DNA of 64,000 bases from Candidatus Latescibacterota bacterium (GTDB lineage Bacteria > Latescibacterota > UBA2968 > UBA8231), in the NCBI GenBank assembly GCA_965223905.1, contig CBDCXV010000001.1:1408001-1472000 (forward strand), read 5' to 3'. Numbering within the stretch: the stretch's first letter is position 1; each line of letters starts with the position of its first letter. The notes under the pieces are model-generated. The model ran no database searches, was not told the DNA's origin, and saw only the letters and a list, made by a program, of their open reading frames with translations. Positions 10,233 to 20,164 of the stretch are shown here, one piece after another. The position numbers and the translations under genes are program-made.

Positions 10233-11091
10233 TGTCCGGTCCTTTGCTGAGCGTGATCATGAACTGGCTGAGACGCCGGGGGAGGTTCAGGGAATCGAGG
10301 TCCGCCGGCTTCGATTCCGTACCGGTCCGGTCTCTGACCCGAGACGCGCCTTCGACCGCCGAGGCCGCGACCTTCCCCAGCTGAAACGGCGAATCCGCGG
10401 TGATGAAGTAGAAGCGTTCGAACTCGGGAGCCTCATCCAGCTCGTAGGCGAACTCAAGCGGCACTCTGCCCTCCTGCAGCCTCGCCGCCTCGCCGCCGTC
10501 CGGCGGCAAGTGCCAGGTGAGGCTGCCCCGCCCATCGATGGAAAGAATCGCACCGTAACCGCGTCCGCCGGACCAGTACACGATTTGAACGACGTCGCCG
10601 GGCCGGACTTCCTGGCGGTCCTGCAACCTTTCGCTTCCCGAAATCCCTTCACCTTGCATCGAAGTTTTGCGATACAGCATCAGCTGCGGCTCCATGCCCT
10701 TGATCCGCACCTGCGCACCGGAACCCGCAGGCCTGGTTGCCGCATCGTCGATCACCTGGCGCGCCGGCAGAACCATCAACAGGAAAGCCGCGACCAGGGC
10801 CGGCAGCGGCCAGATCCAGCCGGGAATGCGTGCGAACGACCTCCCTCCACGAGTCCCGCTGACCGCTTCCTTCCGTGACCGCTGCTCGATCCGGCGGCTC
10901 ATCCAGGCCGGCGGGTAGCGTTCGAGTATCTCGGCGCCGGATTGCCCGAGGGCTTCGACGCGCCCCTGAAGTTCCGTGTCCTCGAGCGTCAGGCCGCGGA
11001 TTGCCTCTACCTCCCCGGGAGGCAGCTCTCCGAGCAGGTAGCGCTCGAGCTTCCAGTCCGGGACCGGTCCGCCGGTGTTTTTGCGATTCAT
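10225..11091 (-). CDS. Membrane anti-sigma-like protein (ActD-like, DUF4384-like C-domain)
   Basis: PDWKLERYLLGEL N-domain, one TM helix, RIKG, VRPGDVVQI, YELDEAPEFERF; ATGA overlap with the sigma gene. Confidence 0.7.
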   Translation of the reverse strand: MNRKNTGGPVPDWKLERYLLGELPPGEVEAIRGLTLEDTELQGRVEALGQSGAEILERYPPAWMSRRIEQRSRKEAVSGTRGGRSFARIPGWIWPLPALVAAFLLMVLPARQVIDDAATRPAGSGAQVRIKGMEPQLMLYRKTSMQGEGISGSERLQDRQEVRPGDVVQIVYWSGGRGYGAILSIDGRGSLTWHLPPDGGEAARLQEGRVPLEFAYELDEAPEFERFYFITADSPFQLGKVAASAVEGASRVRDRTGTESKPADLDSLNLPRRLSQFMITLSKGPDIE

Positions 11092-11561
11092 CTCTTCTCC
11101 AGTTCTGCCAGGCTCCGGCGCAGGCTGCGAAGCCGCTTGCGCACCCCCGAGACCGACATGCCGACCTCGCCTGCGACCTCTTCCAGGGTCATCCCGTCGA
11201 CGTAGTGCAGCACGGCGATGACGCGGGTGGATTCCTGATGGCCTCCGAACAACCGCTCCAGCACCGAACGGGCCGTCAGTCTCGGTTCCAGTTCCCCTGC
11301 GTCCGCGATGCGGTCGATGAGTCCGCCGTCCGCGGTTTCCCGCCGCCGCTTTCCGTCCCTGATCCGGTTCAGACACAGGTTGGTGGCCATGCGGTAGAGC
11401 AGGCTCGACGGATAGTCCGCCTTCAGCCGCGACCGCCGCTGCATGAGCAGCACAAAGACGTCCTGCGTGGCATCCATGGCCTGCTCGTCATCCCTGAGAA
11501 GCTGCCTGCATCGCCGCATCACCATGGGCCCGTACTGGCGGTAGAGGTCCTCGATATCCAT
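11088..11561 (-). CDS. ECF RNA polymerase sigma factor
   Basis: AMDATQDVF, LYRMATNLCLNRIR, DGMTLEEVAGEVGMSVSGVRKRL. Confidence 0.9.
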   Translation of the reverse strand: MDIEDLYRQYGPMVMRRCRQLLRDDEQAMDATQDVFVLLMQRRSRLKADYPSSLLYRMATNLCLNRIRDGKRRRETADGGLIDRIADAGELEPRLTARSVLERLFGGHQESTRVIAVLHYVDGMTLEEVAGEVGMSVSGVRKRLRSLRRSLAELEKR

Positions 11562-11841
11562 GCCGGTCTTGCCAGGTTGAACACCTGCCGGGAGGAAATC
11601 CGTCACTTCATTTTTTTTGCGGACGCTGCTGCGAAAAGAAGGGTTGGAGCGAAGCCGGCGTACGCCGGCATGGGAAAACCGGGATGGGTGTGGAAGAAGC
11701 GGGCGTCGTCGACGTGCAGGCTCCCGGCCGGGCAGCCGGGCGGAGGATTCGAGCCGCTCTCCGGGGCGTGCGGGAGATCCAGTCTACGGGCGGGGGGATG
11801 TTGCCGCCCTCATTGTATGATCGGAGGTGCCATACAAGATC

Positions 11842-14151
11842 TCAGCCGCTATCCACGTTCGCAAAGAAACCAGCAACGTCACCTGCCGTCCGAAAGAACT
11901 TTCGGAAAGTTCGCGCTTCGTCCAGCAGGACGCGAAGCCTTTGGGCGCATCCCGACACATCGGCCACTACACAGCGCTCGAACCGAACCGTTCCGCCCTC
12001 TTCGCGCTTGGCCCGGACCCCCATCGCCGGCAGCACCCCCAGCCCGCATGCTACCGTGCGCTCACTGTGCGCCATGGCGCCGGCCAGTTCGGCGATCGAG
12101 CTGCAACCGTTGTATTCGGCGATGGCATACTTGACCAGCCCCCCCAGCCGTCGCGTGAAAGTTTCGTAGGTGTCGACTCCGGGATCCTTCGCGAACACGT
12201 AGACCTGCTCGGGCTTCACCCTCGCCAATACGCCGGCCACCTCGGCCTGGCCGGGGGGCGAGCTCCAGACGACGAGGGTCTCACCCGGCTTCAGCTCCGC
12301 GCGCGGCTTCGCCCCCGAATGGGGGATCCCCTCACTCCAGACCTGCGCCCCGGATCGCTCGGCCGCGATCTCGGCGAGCCGGTCCTCCGGCGCCGGCTCC
12401 GCCCGGCAGTCGATGACGGCGACTGCCCGGCCAACACTCTCCCCGGCAGCGGCCAGGCCTGATCGCTGAAAATCCTGAAGAGTGATCGACAGGGTCTGCT
12501 TTTCTCGAAAGAACCCCGGCCTGATACGCACAACCATGTCGATTCTTCCGTTTGGCAACGTTTTATCGGCACTGCTCCACCAAAGGACCTCTGCCTGTTG
12601 CCCCGCGACATCGCTGACCGTCAGTTTCCGGTGCGCCTGGTCCTTGCCGATCGGCCGGTCTTCCTCCACCTGCAGACCGCGGCACAGAATGTTGACGGGG
12701 GGATTCCCGGGGCCGAACGGGGCCAGCGCCTCGAGCTCCAGGGCGCTGTCGAGGGTGAGCTCCCGCAGCGGCAGCTCGAGCTCGATGTCGAGGGTCGGCT
12801 CGGGGGCACGACCCGTGCGCTGGTCGACGAGAGCCTTGGAGACGCCGCGCCTGAACGCCTCGATGTTCGCCGCTTCCATCGACAGCCCCGCCGCCATCGG
12901 ATGTCCCCCGAATCCCAGCAGCATGCCGGACTGCGTCGCGATCGCCCGGGTGATGTGGTACCCCTCGACCGAGCGCGCCGACCCGCGCGCCGGCTTTCCC
13001 TCCGGCGAGGCCAGCATGATGGTCGGCTTGCCGAACTCCTCGACCAGCCGGCTGGCGACGATGCCGATGACGCCTTCGTGCCACAGCGGATTCGATAACA
13101 CCAGCGCCGCATACTGCAGCAGCGAAGGTTCCCGGTGCAGGTGCTCCACCGCCGACTCGTAGACGACGGCGGTCTCGAACTTGCGGTCCTCGTTCAGGCG
13201 CTCCAGCTGTTCGGCGATCCCTTTCGCCTGGTCCTCGTCCGCCGTCGTCAGCAGCGGCACCGAGACGTTGGCGTCGGCAAGCCGCCCCACCGCGTTGAGT
13301 CGCGGAGCGAGCTGGAAACTGATGTCTTCGTCGTGGACCAGAGCCTGTTCGACCCCGGCCATGTGGATGAGCTTCAGCAACCCCGGCCGCTGCGTCCTCC
13401 GCAGCACCTCGAGCCCGCGCTGCAGAAGGTAGCGCGTGTCCGCCCTCTGCTGCGCCAGATCGGCGACGATGCCGACCGCCACCAGGTCCAGGCAGTCGTC
13501 CAGCTCGGCCTCGCGTCCGGCCCGGGTGAAGAGCGCCTCGATGACTTTGTAGGCCACGCCCACCCCGGGAAGGCCGCTCAACGGGTGGTCCCCATCGTGA
13601 AACTTCGGATTGATCAAGGCGAGGGCATCGGGTAGCAGCTCGGGCAGATCGTGGTGGTCGGTAATGACGACGTCGATGCCCGCTTCACGGGCGAGTGCTG
13701 TCCCTTCGACCGCGGCGATCCCGGTGTCGCAGGTCAGCAGCAGTCCTCCAAAGCCCTTTTCGATGCAGCGATTCAGGACCTGCGGCAGGATGCCGTGCGA
13801 CTCGTGCTCGCGGATCGGAATGTGGTAGGAGACCTGCGCCCCGAGCCGTTCCAGCATGGAGACGAACAGGGCCGTCGAGGTCTGCCCGTCGACGTCGAAG
13901 TCACCCCAGACCAGGATGCGCTCCCTGTCGCGAATCGCCCTCTCGATGCGTTCGACCCCGCGCTCGAGGTCGTGCAGGGTCTCCGGCGCGGCCGGGCCAT
14001 AGGCATCCGGGTCGAGGAATCGCCGCGCTTCTTCGGGGTCGTCGATGCCGCGCCCGGCCAGAATCCGGGCTGCCAGGCGTCGTCCCGCGGTCGCGTCGAG
14101 CAGGGCCTGTGAGACATCGACGGCAGTGACTGAATTCCACGTGAGGTTCAT
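11842..14151 (-). CDS. recJ: Single-stranded DNA exonuclease RecJ
   Basis: GDFDVDGQTST, TCDTG, ITDHH, APRLNAVGR, GSARS, GGHPMAAG, PFGPGNP. Confidence 0.93.
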   Translation of the reverse strand: MNLTWNSVTAVDVSQALLDATAGRRLAARILAGRGIDDPEEARRFLDPDAYGPAAPETLHDLERGVERIERAIRDRERILVWGDFDVDGQTSTALFVSMLERLGAQVSYHIPIREHESHGILPQVLNRCIEKGFGGLLLTCDTGIAAVEGTALAREAGIDVVITDHHDLPELLPDALALINPKFHDGDHPLSGLPGVGVAYKVIEALFTRAGREAELDDCLDLVAVGIVADLAQQRADTRYLLQRGLEVLRRTQRPGLLKLIHMAGVEQALVHDEDISFQLAPRLNAVGRLADANVSVPLLTTADEDQAKGIAEQLERLNEDRKFETAVVYESAVEHLHREPSLLQYAALVLSNPLWHEGVIGIVASRLVEEFGKPTIMLASPEGKPARGSARSVEGYHITRAIATQSGMLLGFGGHPMAAGLSMEAANIEAFRRGVSKALVDQRTGRAPEPTLDIELELPLRELTLDSALELEALAPFGPGNPPVNILCRGLQVEEDRPIGKDQAHRKLTVSDVAGQQAEVLWWSSADKTLPNGRIDMVVRIRPGFFREKQTLSITLQDFQRSGLAAAGESVGRAVAVIDCRAEPAPEDRLAEIAAERSGAQVWSEGIPHSGAKPRAELKPGETLVVWSSPPGQAEVAGVLARVKPEQVYVFAKDPGVDTYETFTRRLGGLVKYAIAEYNGCSSIAELAGAMAHSERTVACGLGVLPAMGVRAKREEGGTVRFERCVVADVSGCAQRLRVLLDEARTFRKFFRTAGDVAGFFANVDSG

Positions 14152-14182
14152 GGACGCAAACTTCGGCGGTCAGGTGGTCTGC

Positions 14183-15097
14183 TCAGAACGCGATCGCCTC
14201 GTAGTCGTCGAGATCACCCAACGGAGAAATCGTCTCTTCCTCGCGTTCGAGATTCCCCTCATCCGGCTGACCGGCCACATCGCCGCGGCCGCAGAAGGAC
14301 CGGTAGGCACAGAACGCGCATTTCTTCTCGTCCGCAGTGAGCTCGAACCCGCCACCCCCGGCGCGAGCCTGGATCTCGTCGAGGAGACCGCCCAGGTAGG
14401 TCTCGTCCTCGCTGAACCGGGAGTCGCTGTAGGTGAACACTTCGGGATCGTCCGGGAAATCCGGGTACCAGTAGACCATCTCGATTTCCCCCGGACCCAG
14501 GGACGGGCCCCCGGCGATCCCGGCACCGGCCTGCGCCAGCAGGTACGGATAGACCCGTGTCTGCAGCCGCTCCGCCAGCCACGCCCTCGTATGCCGCCGG
14601 CGCCAGGTCTTCCAGTCGAAGATGCGGGCGCGAGGCGACCCGCCTCCCGTCGCCGGACCGCCAGCCGACTCGCCGTCCCCGATCGCGATCAGATCGCAGG
14701 TCGCCACGAGGGTATGCTCGCCGATCGCTCCGACCAGCCTCTTCTCGGCGAATCGTTTCCCCGGAACGTCCGCCGGCCGCTGCGCCTGGTAGTTCCTCCA
14801 CCAGCGGGCGATGTCCGGGTTGCGTCCGGCATCCGGCTCCGGCACCCGGATTCCCAGCACGTCGCGGTGGATCATCTCGTGGAAACGGCGTCCGTCTGCC
14901 ATGTGGCGCTCGCTCTCCAGCGGCGGCTCGCTCTCCACGGCCGGCCACTTGAGCTGCTCGAGGTAGGTGAGCTCGAAACGCCGCGCGCAATCGACGTAGG
15001 CCTGCAGGCTGTGGGCGCTGAACGACAGCTGGTCCAAGGCGTCAGACCTTCCCCGAAAACCTGGAACGTCAACTGCAGATTTCGTGCCCGACATCAC
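14183..15097 (-). CDS. PD-(D/E)XK (RecB/AddB-like) nuclease with a four-Cys Fe-S motif
   Basis: SAHSLQAYVDCARRF, GRRFHE, CDLI, DWKT, QTRVY, CAFCAYRSFC. Confidence 0.85.
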   Translation of the reverse strand: MMSGTKSAVDVPGFRGRSDALDQLSFSAHSLQAYVDCARRFELTYLEQLKWPAVESEPPLESERHMADGRRFHEMIHRDVLGIRVPEPDAGRNPDIARWWRNYQAQRPADVPGKRFAEKRLVGAIGEHTLVATCDLIAIGDGESAGGPATGGGSPRARIFDWKTWRRRHTRAWLAERLQTRVYPYLLAQAGAGIAGGPSLGPGEIEMVYWYPDFPDDPEVFTYSDSRFSEDETYLGGLLDEIQARAGGGGFELTADEKKCAFCAYRSFCGRGDVAGQPDEGNLEREEETISPLGDLDDYEAIAF

Positions 15098-15109
15098 GGT
15101 GTTCCTCCA

Positions 15110-17359
15110 TCACCCATTGTCTTTCTCCAGGAAGTCCCGCAGCGCCAGGTAGGGGAGGGCCGGCCTGTTGCTTCCCTTCGGACCGCCGTTCCCCGTCACC
15201 AGCAGTTCTCTGCGGGCACGCGTGATGCCGACATACAGCAGTCGCAGGCGTTCGCGCGCATAGTCGTGACGCGCTGCCAGCGTCGCGCCGCCTTCCTCGT
15301 AGTCGGTCCCGTCGATGGCCGCGTCGAGCCGGGCCAGCGTCTCGGCCTCCAGACTGAGGTTGTCGCGCACGAACCAGCGTTCCGCCCGGAAGCGGTCGGT
15401 CGGCTCGCCGGCGGGGAATTCGTAGTCGTTGACACCGAGCAGGTAGACCCGGTCCCACTCCAGGCCCTTGGCCGCGTGCATGGTCGCCACCACCACCTCG
15501 CCCCTGTGCGCCTCGGGGTCGAAGCCGGTCTTGTCGATTTCGATCGAGCGCAGGTTGCGGCGCTGATCCCGGGCGATGACGCCGAGTTCGTTCTCCATCT
15601 CATCCAGCGTCGTCGACCGGCGCTCGGCGCCGAGGTTGTACTGCGAGCGCGCCTGCAGGGCCTCGGCGAACAGCTGCGTCATCGCCAGCTTCTCCGGCTC
15701 TTCGAAAAGATCCTGGGCGATCGCCGTCAGCAGCTCGCCGATCGGCAGCAGCACAAGCGCCTGCCACTGCTGCAGCTGGTCGCGAAAGCGCTCGAAGCAG
15801 GAGATCGTGTCTGCCGGAATCTCGCCGGCGCCCAACCCCGCGTTGCCGGACTCCTCCCCACCGGCCAGCGGCCACACGAAATCCTCGCTGCGCACGCAGC
15901 GCCGCAGCAGCTCCAGATGCATCTCCAGCCGCTTCTGCCCCTCGTCCGATCCGGCCTCCTTCAGGACGCGCGTGAACCAGACCCTGTAAACCTGGACCAG
16001 CGTCCCCTGCACCTCCGGATGCGCCAGATGCCGCAGGATCAGACTGAGGGCGCCGGCCGCCTCCCGCGTTGTCGTCGTCAGGCGCAACAGGGCATCCGTG
16101 CACGGCACCCGCGCCGCCCGCAGCGCCTTGATCGCCTCGGCCCCGCGCGCGTTCGTCGGCACCAGCAGGGCGACGGTCGCATTCCCGTTTTCGGGCAGCC
16201 ATTTCCCGGCCGAGGCCACCACGCGATCGAGCTCGGCATCCGGCTCCTGGAGGAACTGGAACGCCACCCGGCACCTCGCCGGCGGCGGATTCGGCTGCGG
16301 ATCTCCCGGCGGGGCCGGTTCGATGAAGGGCCGATCCAGGGCGTCCCGCATCGCCTCGACCGGATGATCCTCTTGCACCCAGCGGATCAGCTCGTTCGCC
16401 AGGCGGATGATCGGCAGGCCCGAACGCCCCGAATTCGGCAGGTCGCGCCGGACATCGGCCTCGTCCAGAAACGCGCGCAGGTACTTCGGATGCGCCGTTG
16501 TGAAGGTCTCGTAGATCGCCTGGTTGGGATCGCCGACGCGCACCCAGTTGCCTTTCCCGCCCACCAGCTTGCGCAGGATCTGCTCCTGCAGGGTGCTGCT
16601 GTCCTGGGCTTCGTCCTCGAGGATGAACGGCCAGCGCCGGCGCAAGTCCTCGACCAGCGTCTCGTCCGCGTCAAGCGCCCGGATCGCCGCCGCGATCAGG
16701 TCGTCGAAGTCGAGGGCGCCCCGCACCGCCAGACCGCGCTCGTAGCGCTCGTACACGTCGACCGCCAGCTTGATCAGCAGGGAGCTTTCCTTCGTGAGCC
16801 GGCCGCGCACCGCCTGCGGCGGCTGCATGCGGCCCTTGAGATGCCTGATGGCGTTGGCCGTCACCTGCCGCAGCAGCTCCGGCAGGTCATCCGCCGCGAT
16901 CCTGCGCCGGCGGTAGTCGTTCATTTCTTCGATCAGGAACCGCGCCAGCCCCTCGCGATAGCGCGGGTACGAAGCCCGGAACGCCGTGCTCAGAATGGAA
17001 TCGGCGATGCGCTCGTCGACGACGGTGAAACCGGTATCCAACCCGACCAGCGACGGCGACTGCGAAACGATCTCGTGCGCCAGACTGTGCAGGGTGCGCA
17101 CCCGGTAGCCCAGACCGGGCAGCAGCCCCCGCTCCGACAGGAACCCGGCGATGCGCTGGCGGAAGTTGTCGACGGCCGAATTCACCAGCGTCACGATCAG
17201 GACTTCCTGCTTGCCCTGCAGCGCCCCGCCGGCGATCAGGGACACTGCCACCTGCGACAGCGTCCAGGTTTTGCCGCTGCCCGGCACCGCGGCGATCCCC
17301 ATGGTGCCGCCGGCATAGTCGAGAATGGCCTTCTGGGCGGGACGAAGGCGCGTGCTCAT
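15110..17359 (-). CDS. UvrD/Rep SF1 ATP-dependent DNA helicase
   Basis: LRPAQ, AVPGSGKT, LEDEAQD, GDPNQAIY, TMHAAKGLEWD, RLLYVGITRAR. Confidence 0.9.
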   Translation of the reverse strand: MSTRLRPAQKAILDYAGGTMGIAAVPGSGKTWTLSQVAVSLIAGGALQGKQEVLIVTLVNSAVDNFRQRIAGFLSERGLLPGLGYRVRTLHSLAHEIVSQSPSLVGLDTGFTVVDERIADSILSTAFRASYPRYREGLARFLIEEMNDYRRRRIAADDLPELLRQVTANAIRHLKGRMQPPQAVRGRLTKESSLLIKLAVDVYERYERGLAVRGALDFDDLIAAAIRALDADETLVEDLRRRWPFILEDEAQDSSTLQEQILRKLVGGKGNWVRVGDPNQAIYETFTTAHPKYLRAFLDEADVRRDLPNSGRSGLPIIRLANELIRWVQEDHPVEAMRDALDRPFIEPAPPGDPQPNPPPARCRVAFQFLQEPDAELDRVVASAGKWLPENGNATVALLVPTNARGAEAIKALRAARVPCTDALLRLTTTTREAAGALSLILRHLAHPEVQGTLVQVYRVWFTRVLKEAGSDEGQKRLEMHLELLRRCVRSEDFVWPLAGGEESGNAGLGAGEIPADTISCFERFRDQLQQWQALVLLPIGELLTAIAQDLFEEPEKLAMTQLFAEALQARSQYNLGAERRSTTLDEMENELGVIARDQRRNLRSIEIDKTGFDPEAHRGEVVVATMHAAKGLEWDRVYLLGVNDYEFPAGEPTDRFRAERWFVRDNLSLEAETLARLDAAIDGTDYEEGGATLAARHDYARERLRLLYVGITRARRELLVTGNGGPKGSNRPALPYLALRDFLEKDNG

Positions 17360-19479
17360 GGCTCAACCGGCTCCAGCGCCAACCCCCGCATCGCGTGCCC
17401 CAGGGCCACCAGCAGATCCCCCGTCTGTTCCTGTCCGTGGGCGCTGAGCTCACTCGCGAACAGGTACAGCGAATCCGTGCAGCGCCGGGTCAACCCGGCG
17501 ACGATGCAGGTCAGCCGCTCCGTCTCGAACTTCGTCTCCCAGGCCGACGACCATTCCTCCTGCGGATTCCAGTCCCGGCTCAGCACGTAGGGATTCGTCA
17601 GCGGCTGATGTATGCGCCGGTGCCATGACGGACTGCCGACGTCGAGCCACAGCTGATGCGCGCAGGTCTGATTGCGCAGCAGGAAGGTGTGCGCCGGCGC
17701 GATCAGGACCGATGCCGACGGATCGGACCACTCCATTTCGTAGAAGGCGGATACGACGCCTTCCTCCACCATCTCCACGTAGGCCTTGCCGAGGGCATCG
17801 CCCTCTCCCTCGACTGCCTCAGCGACGGCGCGCCGGAACTTCTGCGCCGATTCGACCAGGCTGGCCACGTTCATCCCGGCAGACACGTCCTTGTGGAATC
17901 CGAAGCCCGGTTGGCTCAGCAGCTCGCCGAACAGGCGGCTGAAGAACAGGTCGACCGGCAGGCCATCCTCGTCCTGGTACGCCCGCAGCCATCCCCGCAG
18001 TCTTTCGTACCCCTCGCCCACGCGGTAGGTGATCCGATCCCGCACCCCGGAGGCGACGCTCTCGAACGGCTTGAGCCCGACCCCCTCATGACCCGCCTCA
18101 TGGACGACGGACGCCAGCAGCGCCGCCCGCACCAGGTCCGCCCCATCCAGCAACCGGCCGAACATGTGCGTGACCGCCTCCCGCGACGGCCGCTCCAGCC
18201 GCCAGGACGGGTGGGCGAGCGCGGCCGCAGTCAGCAGCACCTTGGTGACCGGCTCGTCCCGCAAGCTCCGCGATGGACGGTGCATGTAGTAGCCGATCTG
18301 CGCCGCTTCGAGCCGCGTCGACAGCGCGTGGAACAGGCTGTCGCTCAGGAATGGACTGATGACGGCGATCTCCTCCGGGGCGGCGCCGTTCTCGATCAGA
18401 GATTCGATCCGGCCGGCGACTCGCTGCACCATCTCGTGATGCAGGCGATCGGAGAAGATGTGCAGGCGCCGGCGTCCATCGACCCCACCGGGCTCGTCCT
18501 CCGCCGGCCGGTTGGCGATCGCCGCCCGGAGTCTGCGCCCGAACGCCTGCACCGGCGCCGGCACCCGGGGACTCTCTTCAATCAGACGACTCCCCTCGCA
18601 AACCTGTTTGAGTGCGTGGGCACTCTTCGGGTCGGCCGCCAGGAACTTGCGGAAGCCGGCGTCCGAGTCGTAGACGATCAGCACCGACTCCAGGCGCGAG
18701 TCGGCATGGCCGAGCCAGAAGCGCACGAGATCGTGCGCCAACGGGATGTCCTCCTCGCAGTTGTCGTAGACCAGGTGACGGTGCTGTGCAAACAGATGGT
18801 CCCGCGCCGGTTGCGATTGCCGGATCAGGTCCCGGAACAGCTCCAGGCAGAGCGAGAAGTCGAGCAGGTTGCCCTGCGCGCAGAACTCGCGGTAGGCCAG
18901 AACCGAGTTGGAGATCTCCTCGACGTGGCCCGCGGAGAGCTCCCCGCCGATCCGGGCTGCCCGCAGATAGTCAGCCAGCGATTCCATCGGGATGTCGTTG
19001 GCCGCCGCCTTGTTGAGGTTGTCGAGCAGCTGACTGTAGAGCCGGTTCCGCGTCAACTTCAGGTCGGCGAAATACCCCTGCTCGATCAGCGGCGACACCA
19101 GCCGCGCCATGAAATACTGCGCCACCTCGTAGGTCAGAAACGACGGCTCCTGCCCCCGGGCGAACGGGTATTTCGGATGCTCCAGGACCTCCGGCCAGAA
19201 CAGCGAGACGTAGCGCCGCGCCAGGCCGCCGATCGTTCCCTTGCCCAACTCGTACCACGAACGCCGGTCGAAGGCTTTTTCGTAGGCGAGGGTGTAACTG
19301 CGGTGGGGGGTCAGCAGCAGGATGCTGGCTGGGGAAACACCGTTGGAGATGAGTGATTGAATGCGCTCAATGGCCAGCGTCGTCTTGCCGGCGCCGGCAG
19401 GACCTTCGAGGAAGAGGGTCCGGTCTCCTTCCGGTGTCACGGATTCAACCGCATCCTGCCCATGTCCCTGCAGTCGCAC
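17356..19479 (-). CDS. Degenerate SF1 helicase-like partner protein
   Basis: Walker A GPAGAGKT is retained, but the Walker B position reads YDNCEED and the motif VI region reads AGLTRRC. Overlaps the UvrD gene (ATGA). Confidence 0.75.
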   Translation of the reverse strand: MRLQGHGQDAVESVTPEGDRTLFLEGPAGAGKTTLAIERIQSLISNGVSPASILLLTPHRSYTLAYEKAFDRRSWYELGKGTIGGLARRYVSLFWPEVLEHPKYPFARGQEPSFLTYEVAQYFMARLVSPLIEQGYFADLKLTRNRLYSQLLDNLNKAAANDIPMESLADYLRAARIGGELSAGHVEEISNSVLAYREFCAQGNLLDFSLCLELFRDLIRQSQPARDHLFAQHRHLVYDNCEEDIPLAHDLVRFWLGHADSRLESVLIVYDSDAGFRKFLAADPKSAHALKQVCEGSRLIEESPRVPAPVQAFGRRLRAAIANRPAEDEPGGVDGRRRLHIFSDRLHHEMVQRVAGRIESLIENGAAPEEIAVISPFLSDSLFHALSTRLEAAQIGYYMHRPSRSLRDEPVTKVLLTAAALAHPSWRLERPSREAVTHMFGRLLDGADLVRAALLASVVHEAGHEGVGLKPFESVASGVRDRITYRVGEGYERLRGWLRAYQDEDGLPVDLFFSRLFGELLSQPGFGFHKDVSAGMNVASLVESAQKFRRAVAEAVEGEGDALGKAYVEMVEEGVVSAFYEMEWSDPSASVLIAPAHTFLLRNQTCAHQLWLDVGSPSWHRRIHQPLTNPYVLSRDWNPQEEWSSAWETKFETERLTCIVAGLTRRCTDSLYLFASELSAHGQEQTGDLLVALGHAMRGLALEPVEP

Positions 19480-19531
19480 ACTTCCGTTCCCGGGACCCCG
19501 GTCCTTTGCCGGGCGGAGTCCCCCGCCCGAG

Positions 19532-19966
19532 TCACGGCAGGCGCGGACCGAAGATCTTCCCGTCCACGGAGAACCGCCCCGGTCCGGCCGCGAGCAGCAG
19601 GATGGAGACGCAGAAGTAGACCGCGGCCAGCTCGTAGGAGGAGCCGTCTGCGGAGACGAAGGGGTCCCCGCGCATGAAGACGTGCATGCAGACGGCGACC
19701 CCCATGGTGCAGGCGATCCCCAGCGAGGCGAGGGGCATGAGCATGCCGAGTATCCAGGCGATGCCGCCGCCGAACTCGGAGAGGGCGGCCAGGGCCTGAA
19801 GCAGGCCGGGGGCGAAGGCGTCGGGACCCATCCAGCCGAACGGGCTCTGGATCTTCGGCCAGCCGTGAATGACGAAGGCGAGGCCGGCGACCAGCCTCAG
19901 CAGCAGGAGAGCGAAATCGGCGAATGGGGAGTGTTCGGGGACGGTGAGCGATCTCAAGAAATTCAT
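19532..19966 (-). CDS. DoxX family membrane protein
   Basis: LLRLVAGLAFVIHGWPKI, EFGGG, GPGRFSVD. Confidence 0.9.
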   Translation of the reverse strand: MNFLRSLTVPEHSPFADFALLLLRLVAGLAFVIHGWPKIQSPFGWMGPDAFAPGLLQALAALSEFGGGIAWILGMLMPLASLGIACTMGVAVCMHVFMRGDPFVSADGSSYELAAVYFCVSILLLAAGPGRFSVDGKIFGPRLP

Positions 19967-20164
19967 CGGCTCTTCCTTTCCGAGGGTTTTGGATGTGGTG
20001 TTTCAGTACAACCCGGGCCGTGGCCAGCCCGTTCGCGAAAACCAATGAAGCCACGCCGGGAAATGAAATCCAGCGCTTCCGTGTGAATCAGGTGCGGGAA
20101 TCCCCCGCCGGCCCCGTCGGGGGTAACGGAGGCAAGGCTGCGTTTTCCGGTTCGCGGAAACCCT

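Noticed and set aside
14183-15097. Cas4 call for the Fe-S nuclease
   Set aside because: The fold is shared, but the context is a helicase/RecJ operon with no cas1/cas2 or array.
14045-17590. 1181 aa plus-strand ORF and other long overlapping ORFs (e.g. 47995-50229, and the 5' part of 48588-51452)
   Set aside because: These are antisense or off-frame shadows of real genes in high-GC DNA; they are Arg/Pro-rich and show no motifs.
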